Positions 24,835-34,304 of a stretch of DNA of 37,091 nucleotides are shown in pieces (the stretch's first letter is position 1; every line of letters starts with the position of its first letter). Source of the DNA: Perkinsus chesapeaki ATCC PRA-425 (Eukaryota > Protista > Perkinsozoa); the NCBI GenBank assembly GCA_013115145.1, contig JAAPAO010000355.1:1-37091 (forward strand), read 5' to 3'. A program made the position numbers and the translations under genes. The notes beneath the pieces were generated by a model. It saw nothing but the letters and a program-made list of their open reading frames with translations, was not told the DNA's origin and made no database searches.

Positions 24835-25815
24835 ATGTTGCATCGCTGCTTCGTTCTCGGCTGTGTCCTTCCCTTGAACATCGCTAATCTCGGTGTAACT
24901 GGCGCTTTTCCTGTAAACGACCCTTTATATTGGCAGCAGGCCCCATACCTAGAAGCTGTTAATGTCACGGGAGCATGGAGGCGTCTGCATGCCTCGGGAG
25001 TGGTTAGAAAGAGCGTTACGGTAGCCCTTATCGAGACCGGAGCTCAGATGGATCACCCCGACTTAGTTGCAAATCTTGTAGAGGGCTATAATGTTATTGA
25101 TGGTAGCCACAACACTGACGATATCGTGGGTCATGGCACTGCAATGGCCGGAATACTTGGTGCTACTATCAACAACAAGGTGGGTATGGCTGGTGTTATG
25201 GACTTGGTTAATATCATGCCAATTTCCGCAGTTGGTCTTCAAACCCCGCAGACTTTGTCAGCTGGTATAGACTATGTTATAAACAACAGGGAAGCGAAAG
25301 GCATACAGTTTATATTGTTCCCTTTTAACTACGATGTGATTGAACCCTACTTGGCCGACCAGTTTAAACGAGCGGACCAAGCTGGAATCCTTATCATCGT
25401 AACAGCTGGAAATTTGGGTAAGGATATCACCACGGAAAAGAGGTACCCCTGTGCTCTGACTGAACAGTTCAGTTCAGTTTTGTGCGTCGCTGCGACAGAG
25501 CAGTCGGAAATGAAACTGACATATTCTGCTAATTTTGCGGATTACGTGGACGTCGCTGCACCAGGCCTTCGAATTATGGCGACGGGACTCTATAATACCT
25601 ATAAACCTGTGCCGGGTTCCTCCGCATCATCTGCTATTGTTGCTGGTGTGGTTGCGATGCTCTACAGTCTTGATCCAACTCTGTCTCCCGCTGATATCAA
25701 GAAGATCATCAAGGAAACTTCCAAGAAAGGGCTCACTGATCACACTGGAAAAGTCGTTTTTCCCTTCGGTCTAGTCGACGCAGAAAAAGCTGTGGCGAAG
25801 CTGATACAGGGATAG
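24835..25815 (+). CDS. Secreted subtilisin-like serine protease (peptidase S8), 326 aa, intronless
   Basis: Hydrophobic N-terminus; VALIETG (Glu67 at the usual Asp position), GHGTAMAG (His100), TAGN (oxyanion Asn193), DVAAPG, GSSASSAIVAGVVA (Ser263). Confidence 0.95.
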   Translation: MLHRCFVLGCVLPLNIANLGVTGAFPVNDPLYWQQAPYLEAVNVTGAWRRLHASGVVRKSVTVALIETGAQMDHPDLVANLVEGYNVIDGSHNTDDIVGHGTAMAGILGATINNKVGMAGVMDLVNIMPISAVGLQTPQTLSAGIDYVINNREAKGIQFILFPFNYDVIEPYLADQFKRADQAGILIIVTAGNLGKDITTEKRYPCALTEQFSSVLCVAATEQSEMKLTYSANFADYVDVAAPGLRIMATGLYNTYKPVPGSSASSAIVAGVVAMLYSLDPTLSPADIKKIIKETSKKGLTDHTGKVVFPFGLVDAEKAVAKLIQG

Positions 25816-25989
25816 GCTACCTCGATATGATACTGCGCGTGCTGCTGTGCGGATCATTCCTAACATATCTTCAATTGCTTCAATTGACGCGACATATATT
25901 CTTCAGTAAGTCCAAGTGAATCACAATAGATGGCTTTTCTCGGATCATGAGGTAGCCAGCGAAAATGCTCTTGAGTGAGAGATTCTCAG

Positions 25990-26730
25990 GAGAATCTCAG
26001 ATTAGTGACCTTGTCCGTCAATAGTAATCAGTCTTCGTCTCTGAGCCACTTTATGTGTCTGCGCTGGAGCGCACGAGTGCTTTCAAAGCACTGTTTTGCT
26101 TGGGCCGAGCTATGGCCGTTGTTCATCAGTGTAAGTATCGAGGTTGTAGGTGGGCTTTAGTGTCTAGCTAGTTGGTGCTTTGGTTTGTTGAACCCCATCA
26201 TATACTGGTGAGTCATTTTCATATTGAGACCGTAATGACTTTGAGTTTAGTTCAGGGTGACAACGGAGCAACTGTTCGTAAGTGTTCAAACGGGTGTGCC
26301 AGAGCGGGAAGTCAATTTAAGTGACTTATTCTCAAAGTCTCTTCGGAAACCACAAGGTCGAGGTGCGTTCTCGGAGAATCTCTCCTGGATAGATCCGAGC
26401 AGTGGAGTGCCTGGCGAATACTGCCTTCTGAGGACGTGCCACGTCCTCCGAAGTATGATAGTTTGCACCAGTTCTGTCTTCTATTTACATTGAGCTCTCA
26501 CGTCAAATATTGCTGTTGCCTGCTCTTCTATACCTCTACCTACATGGATTTAGGTTTGCAGGTCGTTCCCAAAGTCTGGGCTCCAGACCGAGGCGTTACT
26601 GACAACGTCGATATTCTATGTTATATTGAGTAACACCTTACGAAGATTAATTAGTCTGGCATAATATCCCTAGCACAAGCTGCACAATGCCTCATCACAT
26701 GATAGCAACTGCTGAAGTTACTGGTAAGTG
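25990..26730 (+). other. Unidentified multi-exon gene or gene fragment
   Basis: Regularly spaced GTAAGT/GTGAGT donors and AG acceptors, with short open exons such as VFVSEPLYVSALERTSAFKALFCLGRAMAVVHQ. No family recognised. Confidence 0.3.
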
Positions 26731-26795
26731 AACGCTCACCAACGAGAGGAATTATAATATACTATATATATCAAATAGTGTATAACAGTTAAACC

Positions 26796-26993
26796 GCTCA
26801 GCAATACCCACACCCAATAACTCTTAAAAGAGTTAATGGTTCATCGAAGTCGAATACATTATTGTATTGACTAAACCTCCATTAGGGTGGAAAGGTATAC
26901 AACTCCTCATCACGGTTTAGGGTTTTGTCAAGAGTACTCTTGTGAACGAAAGGAAATCACTACATAAGTGATCCTGTTCGAGTACAGTCGACA
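26796..26993 (+). repeat. Dispersed repeat, copy 1 (inverted relative to 34542-34753)
   Basis: About 200 bp aligns by eye at roughly 90% to the reverse complement of 34542-34753. Weaker similarity continues to about 27085 and about 34441. Confidence 0.92.
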
Positions 26994-27249
26994 TACATTA
27001 ATAGCACGGAGACGCGTTATTGGGGTGAGAGTTGAGGGAAGTGTGGTATGACTGATCACACAATCTTCTGTCCCTCAACGCGCTTCTTGTGGCAGGTCGA
27101 CCAGAGCACAGTACAGTGCAACGGCTTTAATAGCTGGTGTGGCACCAACTCAGTGCTGCAGCACTTGTATAATTCTCAAGGGTCGGCGACATCGAGACCT
27201 GTTCTTGAGGTGTCGCAGGATCCATTAAGCCTGGTAGACCGATCCACTA

Positions 27250-28420
27250 AGGATTGGTATAGGTGACGATGGATAATAATAAGATTTTCAACGCGCTCCC
27301 TGGACGGTCCAAAAGCATAACTATCTCATAAAAACGTCCAACAGCAGGGTCCCAAGATCCCAGCCGTCCGAACCATCCAAGACTCGACAGAGAGTGAAGG
27401 CCTAGAGGACTACAGTACTGGCGACAGACGAATACCATCGTGTCTTTCTCGTTATTACAGAACGTTCCAATCGGTATTTCAACAAGTACAACGGGGTAAC
27501 GGGGTAACGGGGTAACTACATCGCCTGCTTTATGGGTGGCTCTACGATAGTAAAACTGTTTACATGCTATGCCTTCAAGTTGAATTATCAACTTCATAAG
27601 GAGCTTTCTGGACCTTGCGAGCACTGGTAAACTCTTACGCACTTCATCGAGATCAATGGTGACAGGCTTATGCGACGCAAGTGACATTTGGACTAAAGCT
27701 GAAATAGTCCTTCGATGATTTGAGGGTCTCTAAAGAGGCGATAGCCACTGACAGGAAGAAAAGTTTTATTTCCTTCGAATTTTCTTAGAAAATTCGTCTG
27801 TACGCAGGAAAGCTGCAGTTGTTCGAAGAATTAAGCGAGTGTGACCAGCATAGAACTGGAGGTATGGATTGGAAATTCAACTTCATCTTCGGACTCCGGG
27901 GTTATCGACTTAACGTACTTTCACAGGATGCTTCGTATATGGCACTGCGTATCCCAAAGAGTGTATGCACGTATAGTGCCTTGCGAGTTGCAAAGATGAA
28001 ATCTGTGCGATTCAGACCTGTGCTTATGGCTAGTATTTCACTCATCGTGAATGAGAAGCCCAATAATACTTACTCACAAACTCTTGTATGACAAAGGACC
28101 GAGCTTCGGTCACCGAAGAGCCCGAACGGTGATCCGAAGGGGGGTCACAGTTTGGGACCTCGGTGGCGACTTCAAGTAGCCATCTCGAACATGGAGTAAT
28201 TCCTTAAAACCGCTTGAAGTGACACATCCCATTGGAAGGTTACTTGAACCAACTCAGTTGATAGCTGACAGTTGGTAGTCGGAGTGTGACATTCAATGTT
28301 GGACAGTTGAATGTCACATGCATCACGTGGCGTACTTTACTTTTCCACACAGTCTACGTTGAGTCGTTCATAAATTTAGTTTACCTGCAACTTCATAACC
28401 ACGTAGACTAGGATAAAATG
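27250..28420 (-). other. Unidentified multi-exon gene
   Basis: Minus-strand GTAAGT/GTAAGA/GTAAAC donors with short open exons such as WLLEVATEVPNCDPPSDHRSGSSVTEARSFVIQEFV. The frame could not be assembled end to end. Confidence 0.3.
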
Positions 28421-28444
28421 GATTGTCCGAAAAACGAAAGTGAT

Positions 28445-28563
28445 GTGAGCGAAGTTGGAGGCATCTGAGTTCGAACGAAGTTGGAAGTTCCAAGACGGAA
28501 TTTAATGTCCCAAGAGCGAACAAGATCTTTGGGTTTCGTATTCGGACCTCCAACTTCGCTCAC
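28445..28563. repeat. 119-bp segment bounded by perfect 17-bp inverted repeats (MITE-like)
   Basis: GTGAGCGAAGTTGGAGG (28445-28461) and CCTCCAACTTCGCTCAC (28547-28563). No TSD seen. Confidence 0.6.
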
Positions 28564-28894
28564 CGCCACGAGATTTATTTTTCCAAGGACGAACTAGATA
28601 TTGAGGTGTAGTGAACAATCGAATCAGAAAACCATCATGTTGAACTTCTGGCCCGATTTTTTTCAAGAACCACGGGATGAGCTCGATCGAGAGTGTCTTT
28701 AGAATTCTTATCAATAAGCGGATTCGTTACTACTTGTCGTCATCTATCATCCATAGCACATTGCCACTTTGGAAAAACACGACATATACAGATGTAAGCA
28801 ATGAACAAGTGATTGCTGATGATTCACCCGTGATAGGAAGGTTAATCATAAAAAAGACTGTGCTCCAAAGAGCTTGCACTAACCGCCTAATATA

Positions 28895-29528
28895 TCACTG
28901 CTTGTACATACATAGGTTCGGATACCCCTTCCCGTAATTCTGGCAGTACGCGTTCTTCGGGCAGTCCTGAAAGAACAAAAACTCTTGATGACTTTCTACA
29001 GCTCAAGTTATCTACCTTCTCCGAGGAGCACGGGATTCCGCAGAGGTACGTCGAACCGATTTTCATGCACTCTGGGGACTCCTGGGGGTGGAGAGGGCAT
29101 TTGTGCCCACCGGCACAATTAGCTGAGCATACGGCTCCGACAACTACATCGTCTTCCTGAGTTCCAAAACGCATCAGTGCGCGCTGTTGAATATCGTCTC
29201 ACAGTGTATGTAACCGGGGAACAAGGTTTCTCACACGAGCATTCGTGACCCTCGGCGTCACACTTACCAGTTGGCTTGCCGTAGCACGGGCCTAAATATA
29301 GATGCTGAGAAGTTGCATCACACAGCAACCGTAGTATGTAGATAATCTACAGTAGATTACCCGGGCTATTCAACTGCGGCCTGACGGAAGGATGCCTGAG
29401 AAGATTCTTCGCCGTCGAGGATCTCAAACAGTCTCCTACCAGTATTCGCCAGAGCGTTCGTGAAACACCAGTTCAGTCGCAGCACAGCTGAAGGTCGTAA
29501 CAAAGAAGATCATTTGTAGCACCGGCAT
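28895..29528 (-). CDS. Small secreted cysteine-rich protein, about 6 exons
   Basis: Signal-like MPVLQMIFFVTTFSCAATE, then exons ...YLGPCYGKPT / EDDVVVGAVCSANCAGGHKCPLHPQESPECMKIGSTYLCGIPCSSEK / DCPKNAYCQNYGKGYPNLCMYKQ*, with GT-AG introns. The middle exon phases are uncertain. Confidence 0.65.
29337..29358. other. Perfect 7+8+7 hairpin-type scar, X=TGTAGATT (in an intron)
   Basis: TGTAGAT AATCTACA GTAGATT. Confidence 0.85.
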
Positions 29529-30390
29529 AACGGTCAACTGATACGAGGATTGCACTTACTTACGCTGAATCGACCAAGTGTACATAGACGATGACTATAG
29601 TCAATGACGAGCTTGATGCAAACCTATAGGTCGAGCCCCGAGGATGCCGCCAATCGGGTGTCCCCCACCGGCGCAGAGGTTCCCATAGAACAGAAGGCAT
29701 CCTTATCAGACGAGTAGTGGTAAAGAAATAGACCGCACTTGGTCGAACGTCGCGAGGCAGTCCGCCACCGCTTGCAGTCTCTTAGCCAGAATCCAGCTAT
29801 GCGGGAGTCTGTGATTGCGGTCACATCGCCAAAATTCAGCTATGAGGGCTGTTTCTGGTTGCACTGTCTGCTGCGTTAGAAAAGTCCGGCCTCGGGTATT
29901 GTCGCGTGCTCGTGTATCGTCGGTTGAATGCGGAGCTTGTCAGACAGCGACTGTCTGTCTTTCGTTCTCCGGCACACGGGGTGTTTTGGAGAAATAGTAA
30001 TCCGCATCTCGGTCACGCACGCAGGCATACCGCTTCCGGTTTCACATGTACTGGGGAGAATCTCACTAGTAGAGTTGATGTCGGTGATGTAGCTCGGCTC
30101 CGCTTATCATTCCTCATGAGCCACCACATACCCACTCTTGAGCAGATTCTTGAGGGGGAAGGAATATAAGTCTGATAACTAATAATGTATAGTTCGATAT
30201 TCCCTGCATCGCGTTCCAAGCTGTTCGTTTTCCGTGATACGAACTCGCCTTGCGAAGAAGTAGATAATATTTCTTTGTTACACTGTGGTATTAGGGATGT
30301 TGTGCACCAGGAGTAACTTCTAGCTCAGAGCTTATCAAGGGCACAGAAAACCCTAACGAATGCGTGCAACTGTGTAGATGACATGGTACA

Positions 30391-31485
30391 TCAATAACGA
30401 CTGATGTATATTTGTCGGACATCAGCCCCGACAGCATCATCATCAACGGCTACCAATTCAGGTTGAACGAACTCCTCATCCGCCGCTTCCTCGAGTGCAA
30501 CCAAGTCTTGCATTTGCGCATTGTAAGCCGCAGCCATGTCATGCAATATGCAGCTTGCAGTGAACGCCGAAGGTAGCCTCGCTAGGGATGATCTCCAAGG
30601 ACGACTCAGACATTGGAATCGCATCTTCAGCCTCCCAAAGGTTTGCTCTATTATAACCCTGGCTGCACAAATTGCCTTCTGAAATCTCCGCTGGCTTTGG
30701 CCTAGACCAGGTACTTGATGCGCCCCAAACGGAGTTAGGCAGTAAGGCCTACAAGGGTATGCCGAGTCTCCAATCGCGCAGTACGGCTTGAGGTCAGTCA
30801 GTATCCCGGGGAGGCTACTCTCATCGAAAATTCTAGCATCGTGAGTGCTTCCAGGGAAAGAGCAATCGAAATACCGAATAGTGCCGTCTAGGTCGCAGCA
30901 TACCATAGCATTCACACTGAACCAGCCTTTTCGATTTATGTACGCATCACCGTACTCATCCGGACGCCTTATCGGGAGATGAGTGCCGTCCACGGCTCCT
31001 ACCACCATAGGCATGCCACGCCTTCTCGCAAACGCAATGCTTGACCTCTGTGCCTCCTCGGGGCTGAACCAACGAACCCATTTCGTAAGTAACTGAGGTT
31101 TCGATAGAGCATCCAAGCCATCTTTCACATGCCTCCACGCTGTCATGGGCAAGAGCCGAGTTTCCTGCCCTACATTCCAATAAGAATTTCCAGTTGCTAG
31201 ATACTGTATCGTCAAGAGCACTTTCATAAAGGGCAATACTCCATTGCGGCGGCTCTGTCTCACTTCAAGATACGGAACAACCTCTCGGAGAACCTCCAAT
31301 GCACCGGCCTTCGAGAAGCGGAAGTGCTGATGAAACTGCAATTCACTCAGGTACTCGAAGGGATTCTGCCCATCATGAAGTGCAGGCTGAATAGCTACAG
31401 CATTCTGGCCTGCTACTTGAGGAGGAACTGCGGCGTAGGGCACACCTTCTTCATCAGAGTCGCTTTCTAAGAACTCGTAGTTCAT
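30391..31485 (-). CDS. Harbinger/HARBI1-like DDE transposase (DDE_Tnp_4), 364 aa, intact
   Basis: FxxHFRFSK, LLTIQYLATG, GAVDGTH (D), YINRKG, FPGSTHDARIF, IGDSAYP (D), RVIIEQTFGRLKMRFQCL (E). Confidence 0.95.
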   Translation of the reverse strand: MNYEFLESDSDEEGVPYAAVPPQVAGQNAVAIQPALHDGQNPFEYLSELQFHQHFRFSKAGALEVLREVVPYLEVRQSRRNGVLPFMKVLLTIQYLATGNSYWNVGQETRLLPMTAWRHVKDGLDALSKPQLLTKWVRWFSPEEAQRSSIAFARRRGMPMVVGAVDGTHLPIRRPDEYGDAYINRKGWFSVNAMVCCDLDGTIRYFDCSFPGSTHDARIFDESSLPGILTDLKPYCAIGDSAYPCRPYCLTPFGAHQVPGLGQSQRRFQKAICAARVIIEQTFGRLKMRFQCLSRPWRSSLARLPSAFTASCILHDMAAAYNAQMQDLVALEEAADEEFVQPELVAVDDDAVGADVRQIYISRY

Positions 31486-31580
31486 GTCTTTGATAAATGA
31501 AAAGCAAGAGCGGTTTGTTGTGTTGAGAGAGGGATTGGGGGAGGGTGATTCAGCTTTTTCGGTTTCCAGCTAGCAACTAC

Positions 31581-32551
31581 ATGCCTCAGCAGCAGTGGTC
31601 GATGGAGGAGTCGTTGTGCCTACTCAGTATTATAGAAGAAGGAGGGGATTGGATTAAGTCTGTCGGAGGAAATCTGGTTATGGCCGACCCTGCTAATTGG
31701 AATGTTGTGGCCGAGAAGGTGAATGCTACAATGAGATGCGCGTACGAGCCTAAACAGTGCCAGAAGAAATGGGAGTCCCATTCGTTGTCCCATTATGGGA
31801 CAACTTAAAGACTAAAACTAAAAAGTATGCAATCGCAATTGCTAAAGACAGGAAGACTACCGGAGGCGGGAAGGCGATTCCGAGGGATGCCGTATGCGAG
31901 CGGACTATCGATATTGTTGGACGAAACCATCCGACTTACTTCCAGATTCCCAACGCTACAGACAGCCATTCTGGTAGCACACCTAAGTCTGAGGACTCTG
32001 GTTCGAGCGGTAATAGTAATGGGAGTGTTAATGGCGGGAACGATGACATGAGTCTCGATAACAGTCCTGAGATACCCGACATCCGCGGTGAGGGAGAAAG
32101 GTCTTCCGGGAGCAACTCTAGCCTCCCAGAAAAGTCTTTGGTCGAGCTTGACGTTCCATCTGTTACCCCGTCTATTGAATGCGGGCTTATTAGAGCTGGA
32201 TATAAGCTGCAGAGTTCCTGCCCTCCGCCAGCAGTTCGTCCTTTGGATGCTCTACGAGAGAAACGTGCTCGTGAGGACAGTGAGGAGCATGAGTGCAGGA
32301 TGAAGCTTCTTCGCAAACAGTCCGAGCTCTGCAATCTGGAGATAGAGCTTGTCAGGCAGAAAATCGAAGCACATAGCAAAGCAGAAGAGAAGGTCTCTGA
32401 GCTGCACCAGCTAAAGCGGACAGTTGCTGAGTGGAAGAGGAAGCTACTGGAGCATGAAACCGCGGAGAGGACCCTGCGAGTTCGACATGCCGAGGAGGAG
32501 CACAAACTCCGCATTGCTGCTTTGCAGCCGCAGCCTACTGGACTCCAGTAA
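31581..32551 (+). pseudogene. Harbinger Myb/SANT-like DNA-binding protein, frameshifted by a 26-bp insertion
   Basis: WSMEESLCLL...WNVVAEKVN...CQKKW continues as DNLKTKTKK...DRKTTGGG in another frame. Removing 31775-31800 gives one 945-bp ORF (314 aa) with a C-terminal coiled coil. Confidence 0.88.
31768..31804. other. Compound hairpin-type scar, X=AATGGGAC
   Basis: AATGGGA GTCCCATT C GTTGTCCCATT ATGGGAC AAC. Confidence 0.85.
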
Positions 32552-32572
32552 ATGGAGACTCCATTATGGAGT
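32551..32572. other. Perfect 7+8+7 scar, X=AATGGAGT
   Basis: AATGGAG ACTCCATT ATGGAGT. Confidence 0.85.
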
Positions 32573-32887
32573 TTCCAAACCACTTCTTGATATTTGAATT
32601 ACTCTCTTTTTTTGCGCATATAGTGTTGTAGTAGATTTTTTTCGTTAGTCCTATGGAGAAGTATCGTTCCATACGTTAAATATCTATGAATGAATGTGTT
32701 TCGGATCTGAGTCTCATATTATGAGCATGTGTGTTTGAGTGGTGATTATGCGTTGAGTTCAACCAGTCGGCGCGGGTTTGGGACTCAAACTTTGAGTAGA
32801 AATCATGTCGCGCAAACCGGGATGTTGTGTTACTCTACATGTATCGTTGAATGCCAAGCCTGCATATCAAAAGCTTCGGGGCTTCCG

Positions 32888-32959
32888 GTCTTGTGGCCTA
32901 GCCGATAGAACGTCGTGTTGTCATTCACATGGTTGCTGGTTCGATCCCACGTTGCGACA
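32888..32959 (+). pseudogene. Degenerate tRNA-like sequence (72 nt, GTC in the anticodon loop); pseudo-tRNA or SINE head
   Basis: A-box-like TGGCCTAGCCG, B-box GGTTCGATCCC, partly paired acceptor and anticodon stems with several mismatches. Confidence 0.5.
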
Positions 32960-32972
32960 GTTCTAATTCGGA

Positions 32973-33253
32973 CGCCTTAAGGAGGGTCTTAGCTGTGTCT
33001 AAGCTGGGTCCGAGCTGGCTTACGCTCCTTAAGGTCCTCATGTTAGGAGCTTAAGGAAGGATCCACATATGTTACAAGTAGAGGCTCCTTGCGGTCCTTC
33101 CTTAAGGAGCTTGGCTTAGGACCTTAAGGTCCTCCCTTTAAGGACCTAACCTTAGGTCCTTAGGGTCCTTGGCCTCCTATGTTACAAGGTGATGCGCCTT
33201 CCTTAAGTAACTTAGGCTCCTTCCTTAAGGCGCTGCTACTATGTTATAGGCCC
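32973..33253. repeat. CCTTAAGG palindrome array; transposon-end-like
   Basis: Five perfect CCTTAAGG (about 32975, 33028, 33100, 33122, 33223) plus variants, three TATGTTA(C/T)A motifs, and a 13/14 inverted repeat at 32973-32986 and 33219-33232. Confidence 0.85.
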
Positions 33254-34242
33254 TATGTCACATAGCTAGCAGTGAACTGCGCAACTACGAACGTCAAGGC
33301 GAATACTATTCTCGCGTCAACCGTTCGCGCAAGGATGTCCTCGTTTTCGTATCTCTCAGCCAGGCTGGGTCAGTCTGGATATGAGCCAGGGTCCGCCTAC
33401 TCGTTATGGCAGATATCATAACCTCTAGGCTATATCGGCTAATCCACTTCCTACCAGTCACCTGAAATCCTGTCAGTACAAGAGCTACCGCGTCGCGCGC
33501 CACAATACTTATGCATATCCCACCTCTCTAATGGGACGGTCAGAATCTGCAACTCAACCAATGACAATTTCGTCAAATTTACACTAAAAAACGCTTAAAC
33601 GCTACTTCGAGCTCGCCTATATCGGATAAGTATCCAAACAACCTGGTTTTGGTCCATACTTGTGGTGTCATGCTAACGATCACGAACGCACAAACCAATC
33701 AAGAGAGTTCTTCTATTAGGCTTTTCATCATTCCTCGAATGCTGCTCGTTATATTATCCCCCTTCATTCTACTTTTCAATAACGATAACTGTTGATAACT
33801 GACCGACTTTGGTCAGCGGTTCGCTAGACTGCGTTAAGACCGTAACTGGGGACGCATTTCGGCAACCAACCCAAGATCGCGAGCGAGCTTCTCTGGAACG
33901 CGCATACACGGCTCCCCGAGTATGCTGGCACATCCTGAGCTTCTGAAGTTCAGCTTCAGAATATTGAAATCTTATAGTCCTACACTTATAGCAACACTCA
34001 AAACCACTCTGGCAGAATGAGAGTCCCACTACACCACATCAGAGCTTCTGATAGTCAAAACATCAGTGTGGAGTTAATTCTCTGCTCTTCTCGAGTAAAT
34101 CACATGTCGGTCTGAGACGGTCGATGTTGTGTTGGACTGGGAACACTCACTGTATGATTCAGTACTGGACGAGTTGACGGCGAGTGAAATTGCAGTGTGA
34201 GAGGCTCTTACACTGTAATTTACTCGGCTCTTACTAAGAGCC

Positions 34243-34264
34243 GACACTGACAGTGTCACACTGT
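34243..34264. other. Perfect 7+8+7 scar, X=GACACTGT
   Basis: GACACTG ACAGTGTC ACACTGT. Confidence 0.85.
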
Positions 34265-34304
34265 CTCAGTTGGGCAGAGCCACACTGTCTCAGTTGGGCA
34301 GAGC
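34257..34304. repeat. 24-bp tandem duplication
   Basis: CACACTGTCTCAGTTGGGCAGAGC occurs twice. Confidence 0.95.

Larger units (their letters stand above)
30391..32551. mobile_element. PIF/Harbinger DNA transposon (two divergent ORFs); termini not resolved
   Basis: A DDE transposase plus a Myb/SANT-like partner, the diagnostic Harbinger gene pair. No matching TIR pair was found by eye. Confidence 0.92.

Noticed and set aside
25979-26005. GAGATTCTC-AG-GAGAATCTC-AGATT as a scar
   Set aside because: The spacer and third arm do not match the pattern.
26914-26924. GGTTTAGGGTT as an interstitial telomere
   Set aside because: A single unit, and the paralogous copy differs.
29627-30260. Additional minus-strand multi-exon gene
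   Set aside because: Some splice-like signals, but no continuous frame or family could be established.
30291-30330. TTA|GGGATGTTGTGCACCAGG as the Harbinger left TIR
   Set aside because: No inverted partner (TGCACAACATCCC) was found to the right. The 11-bp echo near 32819 is in direct orientation.
31775-31810. Canonical intron (GT at 31775 to AG at 31810) rescuing the Myb frame
   Set aside because: Splicing it leads into the wrong frame and deletes the conserved DNLK.
31936-32583. 215-aa minus-strand ORF
   Set aside because: It is the antisense shadow of the Myb coding region with no recognisable motif.
33270-34240. Minus-strand gene remnant
   Set aside because: Only scattered splice-like sites and Ser/Thr-rich frames with stops.
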